Shown here: piece after piece, positions 1 through 7,969 of the stretch | How the letters are laid out: every line of letters starts with the position of its first letter | Numbering within the stretch: position 1 is the stretch's first letter | From: a virus | Lineage: Duplodnaviria; Caudoviricetes | Virus record (IMG/VR): IMGVR_UViG_3300025151_000039 | Span: 1-59,528 of that record | Reading direction: 5' to 3' (one strand) | DNA length: 59,528 bases | Notes under the pieces: model-generated | What the model saw: the letters and a program-made list of their open reading frames with translations, nothing else | Told to the model about the DNA's origin: nothing | Databases searched by the model: none | Position numbers and translations under genes: made by a program

Positions 1-9
1 GAGTAGACT
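1..9. repeat. Terminal direct repeat / circular overlap (GAGTAGACT), copy 1
   Basis: Bases 1-9 are identical to 59520-59528, and the minus-strand ORF stays in frame across the join. Confidence 0.85.
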
Positions 10-718
10 GTTGTACATTTTGATTTACCTGCTGTCTATTTTTCAATAAATGTAAGTCATCATATGTTAATTGAGTCGTCTTAGCATGATTTTCTAAATC
101 TTGCATTTGTTCTTCAGAGTAGTTCATTTTCTCCATAAAAGCTTGTCGAGCCTGAAGCCTGACTTGCTCTCTTTTAAAATGCTCTGCTTTTTGCCGTTCT
201 TGCTGTAAAGTATTATTAACAATATTTTGAGCTTTTCTCTCTACCATTTTGTTAAATAATTTACCACTATCTGATTCTGGATCTTTAGTCGCCTCATCCA
301 TATCAAATTCAAAATCTTCATCTAATTGAAGCTCTTTTTGCATGTTCTGAGGTACTTGACCACCATTTTTCAAATAACCTTGCAGTAATTCTACAGCACC
401 TGAATCTTCTTTCAAAAAGTTTATAACGGATTCAAAAGGTTGAAGCTCATCTAGCTTGGCTTTGTTTTTCCTACCTTCTTTACTTGAGTCATCATATCGC
501 TTCTTCCAATTTACATTGTTAGCAGCTTGTTCATTCCCTTGTTCGCCAGCTACTTCGGGGATCGCTTCTTGCGATGTTACCTGTTCTGGTTCAGGAGTTG
601 GGAGCTCCATTTTTTTTGTGCCCAATTGATCATCTAAAGTGTCAAAAAAGGCATTAGAATCAGTTAGGTCGGGGCCTTCAAAAGGGTTGCCGTCCACAAC
701 TTGTTCTTCATTATTCAT
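1..718 (-). CDS. Capsid scaffolding protein, N-terminal part (continues at 59519-59368 across the circular join; about 289 aa)
   Basis: ATG at 718 with GAGGA SD. MNNEEQVVDGNPFEG... is an acidic N-terminus followed by a coiled coil (NWKKRYDDSSKEG). It lies between portal and major capsid. Missing from the ORF track because it runs off the edge. Confidence 0.75.
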   Translation of the reverse strand, partial: MNNEEQVVDGNPFEGPDLTDSNAFFDTLDDQLGTKKMELPTPEPEQVTSQEAIPEVAGEQGNEQAANNVNWKKRYDDSSKEGRKNKAKLDELQPFESVINFLKEDSGAVELLQGYLKNGGQVPQNMQKELQLDEDFEFDMDEATKDPESDSGKLFNKMVERKAQNIVNNTLQQERQKAEHFKREQVRLQARQAFMEKMNYSEEQMQDLENHAKTTQLTYDDLHLLKNRQQVNQNVQQST

Positions 719-743
719 ATATCCTCATATATTTAATGGCTGT

Positions 744-773
744 AACTTAAAATACTTATTCTTTAGTTTGCAA
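744..773 (-). promoter_or_regulatory. Putative promoter TTGCAA-N18-TAAGTT upstream of scaffold/capsid genes
   Basis: Same TTGCnn-18 bp-TAAGTT architecture as at 4650-4679 and 6085-6114. Confidence 0.6.
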
Positions 774-3056
774 ATCTTTTTTAGAATTATTTATTTCCAT
801 TTGAAGTTCTTTCTTTTTAGTGTCTACTTCATTATTCATAACGTTCCGAAGAAGTTTTTGCTTACCTTCTGTCTCAATATATTGTTTATTTAACCCGGAC
901 TTTACTTCTTCTTTCTTTTTATTTATTTCAACTTCTGCTTGCATGACTTTACCTTTAATACCAGCTTGAACAAGCTGTCTTTCAAGGGTTTCAATCGTGC
1001 CGTCCTTATCTTTGACCGCTTCAGAAAGTTGTTGAACTTGCCCCGATAACTGTGCATATAGTGACTTCCTTTGTACAATTTGCTCTTTATTTCTAATATC
1101 AGTTTCAGCTAAAACTGCAACATCATCAATCACTCCTTGCTGCAATAATTCTTTTAATTCAGCCAAGTAAGCCCATCTGTTAACTGGGAGAGTAGATCCT
1201 GATATAATCCTTACGTCAAATTTAGCTGCAGCATAATCTTTCCATTTTCCAATTGCTTCTCCCATATCATTGTAAATAGGAATATTAATTTCAGCTGTTT
1301 TCTCTTCCTGAATAGCATTTGGCTGGACAATTCTAAATACTTTATTAGCTGTATATACAACTTGAGAATATTGCTTAACCACTTCTCCTAGCTGTCTCAG
1401 TGCTGGCTCTATGCAGTTTTTCATCCAGTATTTAATTCTTCTAGTACCATACTCATCCATTGCAAGCATTCCTCTAAAGGTTTCATGTTGCTGCCCAGTA
1501 TCTCCTTGCATTGAAGAATAAATTCCTGCTAGATATTCCATATCTCCTTTACCCTGTTGTACTATTCCGAAAAATGCATTAGGTAATGGCATTGGCTGTA
1601 CTGGTGAAGGAGGTTGATGTCCTGGTCTGTATTTCAACATAGCTCCTGGAGATGATGAGTATTTTTCCCACTCATCTTCCTCTATAGCTCCTTCTTCGTA
1701 CATCCATCTCAAACTAGACCCTAAAGAAGCGTTATGTACTAATAATTGGTGAGCTTTATTTAATTCCTTTTGCTTTCCTATTAAAGGAGCAACTGCTGAC
1801 ATTGGGTAAGGTGTTCCAGTCCATTTGTAATGAAATGGAATTATAGGATAGTCAACTATTTTCTCATCTAATATTTTTTCATACAACAGAATATCTGAAA
1901 CAACACAGGTCTGCTTTATTCTAGTTGTATGATAAGGGATAGCGCTTATGACATTTTTTTGAAAAACTTCATCTTTTATTAAAATATCAAATTCTTTTTT
2001 AGAAATAGTAATGTTTTCAGTTTTAGAAGCTTGCTCTTGCAATTTAGCCATCATCTCTTGCTCAGCAATTTGAATCTGAGTTTGAGCTTCGTCTTGAGCT
2101 TTTCTTATTTCGAGCTCTGCTCTTTCTGGAAGCATTCCCCCGGATTGCACTGCTTGTTGTAAAGAAACCTGTGTTTCTTTTAATTTAACCTCCATCTCAG
2201 CCTGAAGAACAGATATTTGTTTTGAAAGTTGTTGTTTTATTTGAGTTAACTGTTCAGGGGATGGAGGAACTCTATGAAATACTGATACAAAAGGAACTTT
2301 AATTTTTTCAAACAATTCGTAAAGTTCAACCATTGCTTCTGTCTTCATTCCATCTTCCATATCGACAGGATCATCTGTATCATATATAGTAAAATCTTTT
2401 TGATCTGAATCTTTTGGTTTTACAGAGTAATCAAACTCTGAATAATTCATACTAGTGGCTTTGTTTATTTTAGCTTCCATTCCTGGGAATAACTGCTTTA
2501 CATGGGATTTAGGCAGCACTTTTCTAATCATAATATATGAAGCATCTTTAAAAAGTATATCTCTAGATTTAGGGTCTACGAATAGATCGAAAGGATGAGG
2601 TTGAATTATTTTAACCTCCCCTAAACCTCTATCTGCATCTGGATCCACTGTAACCTGTAAATAACCTACAGATTTATTAACAGCATCATTTATACAGTTC
2701 GATAGAAGAGTTTCTCCATGAGAATTGTGCCAAATATAATCAGCTATATCTGAAAACACTGCGGCTACATCTGAATCAGAACCATCTGCGCCTATTGCTT
2801 GCCATCTAGGGTTATTTGCAGTTGCATAGAAGTTTAACATTTCTATAATAGGTATAATTCTATTAATTGTAAATGTAGGCATACCTGCTTCTTGCAAAGC
2901 TGTTTTTTCTGCATTAGTAATTTGATTATCATTGGCAAAATCTTCACCCTTTTGATTTATAGCTTGCCACTGTACTCTCGTGCCATTATTTGCAGTATTG
3001 AATACTTCTCTAATTCTATCTGCTGCTTTTTTTCTCGCCATTATGCTATTACCCAA
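756..3056 (-). CDS. Portal protein (P22/podovirus-like, with long coiled-coil extensions)
   Basis: 766 aa, directly downstream of terL. Segments PTFTINRIIP, FVDPKSRD..F.DA.Y and LIGKQKELNK are typical of P22-like portals. Confidence 0.85.
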   Translation of the reverse strand: MGNSIMARKKAADRIREVFNTANNGTRVQWQAINQKGEDFANDNQITNAEKTALQEAGMPTFTINRIIPIIEMLNFYATANNPRWQAIGADGSDSDVAAVFSDIADYIWHNSHGETLLSNCINDAVNKSVGYLQVTVDPDADRGLGEVKIIQPHPFDLFVDPKSRDILFKDASYIMIRKVLPKSHVKQLFPGMEAKINKATSMNYSEFDYSVKPKDSDQKDFTIYDTDDPVDMEDGMKTEAMVELYELFEKIKVPFVSVFHRVPPSPEQLTQIKQQLSKQISVLQAEMEVKLKETQVSLQQAVQSGGMLPERAELEIRKAQDEAQTQIQIAEQEMMAKLQEQASKTENITISKKEFDILIKDEVFQKNVISAIPYHTTRIKQTCVVSDILLYEKILDEKIVDYPIIPFHYKWTGTPYPMSAVAPLIGKQKELNKAHQLLVHNASLGSSLRWMYEEGAIEEDEWEKYSSSPGAMLKYRPGHQPPSPVQPMPLPNAFFGIVQQGKGDMEYLAGIYSSMQGDTGQQHETFRGMLAMDEYGTRRIKYWMKNCIEPALRQLGEVVKQYSQVVYTANKVFRIVQPNAIQEEKTAEINIPIYNDMGEAIGKWKDYAAAKFDVRIISGSTLPVNRWAYLAELKELLQQGVIDDVAVLAETDIRNKEQIVQRKSLYAQLSGQVQQLSEAVKDKDGTIETLERQLVQAGIKGKVMQAEVEINKKKEEVKSGLNKQYIETEGKQKLLRNVMNNEVDTKKKELQMEINNSKKDLQTKE

Positions 3057-4624
3057 TCCTTTGCTTTACGCTTCTTTTTAGTAAATCCCTCTTTATTCTC
3101 TTCAAGCCCTTTTGGTGGATATGCAAATTTGCACGCATACGCAAGTCCATCAATTGCATCATCATGAGCCATTCTAGGTCCAAATGTTATAATCTCTCTT
3201 TGAAGTGAATAGTGAGTTTTTTTAATATGGATTTGACCCACAGAGAACCTTTGAGCAAGTATCTCTTGAATCCTATCCCTTTTTGACATTCTTGTTCCCG
3301 GTTTCTCTTCTCTCCACCTAAGGCTAAAATCGTTCCGTCTAAGGCTCTCTGCTCTGATTGCTTGGAAGAGAGGTTTTGACATTGTCGTGTCTTCAACCGT
3401 AAATACCCGTGGGTGATAAATCTTGTTGGTTTCATACATGTAATCCACAATTCCCTTCTTGTCAGAGCCAGGTATCCCCAGTACAGGCAAAGAACGCTTA
3501 CGTATATAGTCAAGCACATAAATGTTATTGTCCATATCCACTGCGACAGTAATAATAACGCTGAAATCACTATCTCTCCTTACCGAATCGGTTGCTGGAT
3601 CAACGCCAGAAAAAGTAAGCACTGGCTTAGCAGTACCATTAACAACAACATAGCTAATTCCCGACTCGTTATCATGTCGAAAATCACCTTCCCAGTATTT
3701 GATATGCTCTCTTGTAAAGATTGCGTCATCTTCACTTTGTACCTCCATAAGGTATTCTTGATAGAATTTTTGAGGTTGACCACTATCTGCATAGAACTTT
3801 TTCTTCCTTTCAATTTCTTCTTTAGGGAACCAACTAGGCCAAAGAATATTGCCTTTTTTATCAATAGCTTTTCTAAAAAATACATCCCAGCTAAAATCTT
3901 CATTCTTACTTAAGGCTTGTTCATGACCAACTATAAGATTATTAACAAAAGAGTCAAAATGTACAGGAGTACCATTGACCCTAAGACGGCCATCAGCAGG
4001 CTCCAAAGCAGGAAACACAACAGCAGTGACCAGAGTACTATTCTTATCGCGGGCCTCAGCGGTAATGGTATTATTTTCGTCTTCAAAATCATCCAAGACC
4101 ACAAGGTCGTACCTCTTGTGCAGCTTTGCTCCTCCTCGGATACCTGAGATATTTGATCTTGAGATGAGTTTCGACCCATCAGATGTCTCTATGTCCTGCT
4201 CTGTCCACTTCTTGCCCTTTATATCACCGAAGTAATACTTTATTTTTTCGTTATATTCTAGATGATGTTTAACATAGTCCATATTACCCGTTGCAAGTTT
4301 CTGTGTAGCTGATACCCAGCCATAAAAATAAGGACCTCCCTTCTCTGTAAAGCCCCACTCTTTAGCTTTTGCAGAAAATGCCAAGTCACGTACTATATCT
4401 GCTTTTGTAAATACAGTTTTACCGTGACCACGAGACATAATAATTGCTAACTGTCTTATGGATTTATCGTCTATTTTATCTGCTAATTCATAATGGAATA
4501 CAGGCGTTTCGGATCGCATAAAGTCTTCTGGCAAAAACAGCTTACCAAAAGATATTACATCATTAAATGCTTGTTTAAGGAGTAATTCTTCCTTAGAAAC
4601 GTTGTGAAAGTTTACATTTGCCAT
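3041..4624 (-). CDS. terL: Terminase large subunit
   Basis: Walker A SRGHGKT, Walker B VVLDDFE, coupling motif VNGTP, FYQEY, and nuclease motifs GVDPA and HDDAIDGLAY. Confidence 0.95.
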   Translation of the reverse strand: MANVNFHNVSKEELLLKQAFNDVISFGKLFLPEDFMRSETPVFHYELADKIDDKSIRQLAIIMSRGHGKTVFTKADIVRDLAFSAKAKEWGFTEKGGPYFYGWVSATQKLATGNMDYVKHHLEYNEKIKYYFGDIKGKKWTEQDIETSDGSKLISRSNISGIRGGAKLHKRYDLVVLDDFEDENNTITAEARDKNSTLVTAVVFPALEPADGRLRVNGTPVHFDSFVNNLIVGHEQALSKNEDFSWDVFFRKAIDKKGNILWPSWFPKEEIERKKKFYADSGQPQKFYQEYLMEVQSEDDAIFTREHIKYWEGDFRHDNESGISYVVVNGTAKPVLTFSGVDPATDSVRRDSDFSVIITVAVDMDNNIYVLDYIRKRSLPVLGIPGSDKKGIVDYMYETNKIYHPRVFTVEDTTMSKPLFQAIRAESLRRNDFSLRWREEKPGTRMSKRDRIQEILAQRFSVGQIHIKKTHYSLQREIITFGPRMAHDDAIDGLAYACKFAYPPKGLEENKEGFTKKKRKAKDWVIA

Positions 4625-4649
4625 ATATTTTAGCTAAAAACAGAAGCTT

Positions 4650-4679
4650 AACTTACAATTTTAAGCTATTTTATGGCAA
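4650..4679 (-). promoter_or_regulatory. Putative promoter TTGCCA-N18-TAAGTT upstream of terL
   Basis: Matches the repeated motif at 744-773 and 6085-6114. Confidence 0.6.
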
Positions 4680-4689
4680 TAAAAGAATT

Positions 4690-5103
4690 TTATCTTTTTA
4701 TATAGAGATCTTCCGGGCTAATCTTTGGAAGAGTTTTTTGATGATAAAGCATTGCTTCTTTATTTTGCTTTAAATAGTTTGGATTATTAGGAAAATGTGT
4801 TGCTCTATAATTTTCAACAGTTTTTTCCATATTTACAGCAGAATCATCATTTCTTTTCATATTATATAATTTTAAGAATAAATCGTGAGCAATCTTAGTA
4901 TGCTTACCATACTGCCCATCAGCGCTTATAACGTTAATATGAGCACCACCATGTTTATTTTGCTCAGTAGCAAACTCTCCTAATAACTCTTGCAGTTTTA
5001 AAACACTTTCAGGGTCGTCAGTATTTAAAGTCCTTGACGCTGATGCTACATCACTCATCAATCTAATTTTGTCTCTAGTCATCATCCATCTACCTTCACT
5101 CAT
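4690..5103 (-). CDS. Protein with putative peptidoglycan-binding (PG_binding_1-like) domain
   Basis: SVLKLQELL...ADGQYGKHTKIA resembles the V..LQ..L...DG.fG..T..A consensus. Confidence 0.5.
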   Translation of the reverse strand: MSEGRWMMTRDKIRLMSDVASASRTLNTDDPESVLKLQELLGEFATEQNKHGGAHINVISADGQYGKHTKIAHDLFLKLYNMKRNDDSAVNMEKTVENYRATHFPNNPNYLKQNKEAMLYHQKTLPKISPEDLYIKR

Positions 5104-5831
5104 TCTTCTAACTCCATAATTTTTTGTACAGCGTCTATACTTTCAGGTTTAAAGCCTTGGAAACCCACCATGGCTACACCAGATTGTTTAGTGCCTTTGT
5201 CTTCAATTTCTAATATATCTACTAGTTTTAAGAAGGCTTTTAAGCGCTCGCCGTCTTGACGTGCTGTTAAAGCTATGTCTCGTATACCTCTTAATACAAA
5301 GTCTTCATTGATACCAAGTTCTTTAAGTACTGGTTTTATCTCTTCTTTCACAGATTTCTTAATCCTTTCTGTCTTAAGTAAAAGCATTGCTTTCTTCTCT
5401 GCATATTTAGGATTATCAGTCTTATATGCATTCATGTAAGCCTTCACTGGATCTACTCCTTGAGCTATATATAAAGAAAATAACTCTTCTCTGCCATTAG
5501 TCTTTTCTCTATCAAATAACTGTTTTGAAGAAGTCTTAGCACCTCCAAAGCTATAAATATTGTGTCGCTTCTCTGTATCCATCTTGTTGGAATCTACCAC
5601 CATAAATGTTCCTGTACAGGTACCTACATATTCTCTTGCATGCCTCTTATGTTTCCTATGCGGTTTCATTTTGTTGCGACGTAAAATCTGTATATAACAG
5701 CCATCATCTGCTATGACCCAGTCTCCTATCTGACCTTCTCTCCAGTTAGCTTTGTAAATAAAGTTATCCGGTAGTTCGTCAGAGCTATCATATACTATGT
5801 GTTCTGTACCCTTGATACTGTATGTTCTCAT
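5100..5831 (-). CDS. terS: Terminase small subunit (with N-terminal extension)
   Basis: Upstream of terL. FSLYIAQGVDPVKAYMNAY...AEKKAMLLLKTERIK is HTH-like, and RLKAFLKLVDIL resembles the TerS oligomerisation helix. Confidence 0.7.
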   Translation of the reverse strand: MRTYSIKGTEHIVYDSSDELPDNFIYKANWREGQIGDWVIADDGCYIQILRRNKMKPHRKHKRHAREYVGTCTGTFMVVDSNKMDTEKRHNIYSFGGAKTSSKQLFDREKTNGREELFSLYIAQGVDPVKAYMNAYKTDNPKYAEKKAMLLLKTERIKKSVKEEIKPVLKELGINEDFVLRGIRDIALTARQDGERLKAFLKLVDILEIEDKGTKQSGVAMVGFQGFKPESIDAVQKIMELEE

Positions 5832-5834
5832 TAA

Positions 5835-6080
5835 TTATGCCTTCCGATTAAACGTAAAAAGCCCATTAGGGTGTCTTCGACGAATTTCACTCTTTTTTGC
5901 TGGAAAGCTTTAGATAATATTAAAAGCGATTCTCTATTTTTTATAGGCTTACGATCCTAGACTTTACTACGATTCAGAGAAGTTTGGTCAGGTAGATTAC
6001 CCCTCTCTGACGCCCTGCGAGCCCTTGGTATTGGCTGGTCAACTATTAACTGACAAGGCTGTTGTGGAGATTTCCAACGC
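5835..6080 (-). ncRNA. Structured ~250-nt 5' leader (or sRNA) upstream of terS
   Basis: No ORF. Stems on the minus strand: TCAGAGAGG/CTTCTCTGA, and CCTTG/CAAGG enclosing the hairpin GTCAGTTAATAGTTGAC. It begins just after the predicted promoter at 6085-6114. Confidence 0.45.
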
Positions 6081-6084
6081 GGAT

Positions 6085-6114
6085 AACTTACATAAATATA
6101 TATTCCAAAAGCAA
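6085..6114 (-). promoter_or_regulatory. Putative promoter TTGCTT-N18-TAAGTT driving the packaging module
   Basis: Third copy of TTGCnn-N18-TAAGTT, located at the strand-switch region. Confidence 0.6.
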
Positions 6115-6164
6115 GGTTTCAAAAATTGCCGGATTTTAATACGTGGTCTTATTTCATTTGTATA

Positions 6165-6179
6165 CCCCCTATAAGGGGG
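6165..6179. promoter_or_regulatory. GC hairpin CCCCCT-ATA-AGGGGG followed by a T-rich tract at the divergent strand switch
   Basis: Perfect 6-bp inverted repeat with a 3-nt loop; T-rich run at about 6192-6230. Function is inferred only. Confidence 0.35.
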
Positions 6180-6256
6180 ATTTCACTAACGTTTTTTCGT
6201 TATTTTTGATTTTGTTTTTTTAGGTTTTTTAGTCTAATTAAATAGGAGATAAATAG

Positions 6257-6565
6257 ATGAGCAAGTTTTACGGTGAGTTGAATGACAATAAAGCTGTGAA
6301 TGTAGATAATATTACGATTAGTCCTGCGCAAGCAAGACATAATATTAATGTAATGCTATTAAGATCACAGAAAGAATTGTCTGTTCAAGATCATATAAGA
6401 TTTACTAATGCTATCAAAGTTGAGCAAGATCCTCAAGATATGAAAGCAATGGAAGCATCATACGCAGCTGATGAGCGTAGAAAAATTGTTAAAGATATGA
6501 TTGCAAAAGGTAAATCTGAAAAAGAGATCAAAAGAGCTCTTAGAATTTATGATAATTGTGTTTAA
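6257..6565 (+). CDS. Hypothetical protein (first gene of the early arm)
   Basis: 102-aa ORF with AGGAG SD. Confidence 0.75.
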   Translation: MSKFYGELNDNKAVNVDNITISPAQARHNINVMLLRSQKELSVQDHIRFTNAIKVEQDPQDMKAMEASYAADERRKIVKDMIAKGKSEKEIKRALRIYDNCV

Positions 6566-6768
6566 AAAGTAAGTCATGACCCTGTAGTGATTAAAAGAGA
6601 GAGTAATCGAAGCTCTCTCTTCACTACTTGTATAGTAGTTTAGTTGATTCGATACTACTTGCACCATAACATGCTAGCTCGTACTTCTTCTCTCTAATGT
6701 ATCTATTATGTATATATGCTCTACATTCTCTAATATATATCTAATAAACACTACAATAAACTAGTGTA

Positions 6769-6829
6769 ACTCGTCACGGCGAGTATAAATAGCCACTTAG
6801 GCCGTGAGCGTTGATAATATCAGGTGTGG
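6769..6829 (+). ncRNA. Pistol self-cleaving ribozyme (predicted cleavage G6824|U6825)
   Basis: P1 ACTCG/CGAGT with loop TCACGG pairing to CCGTGA (pseudoknot), linker ATAAATAG, P2 CCAC/GTGG, TTAGG, GCG, P3 TTGAT/ATCAG, then a GT cleavage dinucleotide. This matches the published pistol consensus element by element. Confidence 0.93.
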
Positions 6830-7327
6830 AGATGCAATTGAACTATTTACTAAGTTAAGAGCGGACATGTCGCCGGGCATGCTTAGCAAAGTAATTAGAT
6901 GTAGATTGTATCAACATTAAATCAAGCTTTCATACCATACTAATATTACCTGTATGGACTCAATTTGAAAGAGGAGGATGTGCTGCCTTGAGAAAGCAGT
7001 GTAGTTAATCATAGCGTAGTGAACTATGTATCATGGTATTCATTAAAAGTATCGTAGCGATAACAAGCTCATACAGAATCGGAATACCACAACTGTTACG
7101 TTGTAAATATGATGTGGACGCGAGCCGAAAGTGCTCCACAGTGAACTCCCTGTTCTAGGGTTCATCGTTAGTGATGATTAAGGCGTGAGAATCGTGCGTC
7201 TAGAACAGTTTTATCAATAACTTGAGTTGTAACCCACAAGGCAGTTAATAGCTGACAGGGCAGTAGCAATAGCTGAGTCGCAATCAGTGAGCGTTTGGAC
7301 TGTCAAAGGGGCTCTACAATTTAAGTT
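6825..7327 (+). ncRNA. Large structured non-coding RNA 1 (~500 nt), family unassigned
   Basis: No ORF. Stems: GATGCAATT/GATTGTATC, CTTTCA/TGAAAG, CCATAC/GTATGG, TGGTATTC(7034)/GAATACCA(7082), CTGTTCTAG(7150)/CTAGAACAG(7200), AACTTGAGTTGTA(7219)/TACAATTTAAGTT(7315), TGACAG/CTGTCA. Confidence 0.65.
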
Positions 7328-7342
7328 CTAAAAGGAGGTGTA

Positions 7343-7534
7343 ATGTTAAAATTAATAACTTATGTTCCATTAGGTCTAATAAGTTTATTAGCAACTATTC
7401 CATTCTTATCTATAGCTTTCGATTACTTCTTTAAAGAAAGTTATTATTTAAGCTTCATGTTTTGCTTAATAGCATCATGGATAATAATAAACTTTATTCA
7501 CTTAATAATAGAGGAGTTTGAAATATGGAAATAA
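7343..7534 (+). CDS. Small membrane protein (2 TM)
   Basis: AAGGAGG SD; two hydrophobic stretches. Confidence 0.7.
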   Translation: MLKLITYVPLGLISLLATIPFLSIAFDYFFKESYYLSFMFCLIASWIIINFIHLIIEEFEIWK

Positions 7535-7641
7535 TGTTGCATGTATTATTATTATTTGGCTCAATTGCATTAGCAATAGGGATATTGTGGTTATTTTTAT
7601 TCTTAGTTATTAAATTATTTATGTTTTTAGAGCGATTATAA
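7525..7641 (+). CDS. Small single-TM peptide (38 aa, MEIMLHVLLLFGSIALAIGILWLFLFLVIKLFMFLERL)
   Basis: GAGGAG SD upstream; hydrophobic; below the ORF-track cutoff. Confidence 0.55.
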   Translation: MEIMLHVLLLFGSIALAIGILWLFLFLVIKLFMFLERL

Positions 7642-7697
7642 TGGGTGAAGAAAAGAGGGGAGTAGTACGAAACTAACGACTCTCCTCTCTTATTTAT

Positions 7698-7771
7698 AGC
7701 GGATGGGTGAAACGGAAAATCATACAAGCCTCATAAGCTTGTGATAGCAGGTTCGACTCCTGTGTCCGCTA
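7698..7771 (+). tRNA. tRNA with CAU anticodon (elongator Met or Ile2)
   Basis: Acceptor AGCGGAT/GTCCGCT+A, D stem GTGA/TCAT, anticodon stem CAAGC/GCTTG with loop CT-CAT-AA, T arm GCAGG-TTCGACT-CCTGT. No encoded CCA; G at position 8. Confidence 0.88.
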
Positions 7772-7798
7772 CTATTTTTAAAATAAAATGGAGGTATA

Positions 7799-7969
7799 AT
7801 GTCAGAACAACTGACCAATAAGAAGTTAGCTCAAGATAAAGGCTGTACTTCACGACAAATCAGCAAAAGTCGTAAAAGAGGCTGGATATGGGTTGAAGAC
7901 ATCGGTAAAGGTATTGGTGCAGTTAAGAAAGTTAATTATACAGCTCCTACAGCTGTGAGGAAGCCATAA
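7799..7969 (+). CDS. Small basic HTH-like protein (56 aa)
   Basis: GGAGG SD; MSEQLTNKKLAQDKGCTSRQISKSRKRGWI has an HTH-like pattern; TAATG coupling to the next gene. Confidence 0.6.
   Translation: MSEQLTNKKLAQDKGCTSRQISKSRKRGWIWVEDIGKGIGAVKKVNYTAPTAVRKP

Noticed and set aside
639-4235. Short antisense or alternate-frame ORFs in the track overlapping portal and terL (and similar ones inside other large genes)
   Set aside because: They are nested within well-supported genes, lack SD or motifs, and look like shadow ORFs.
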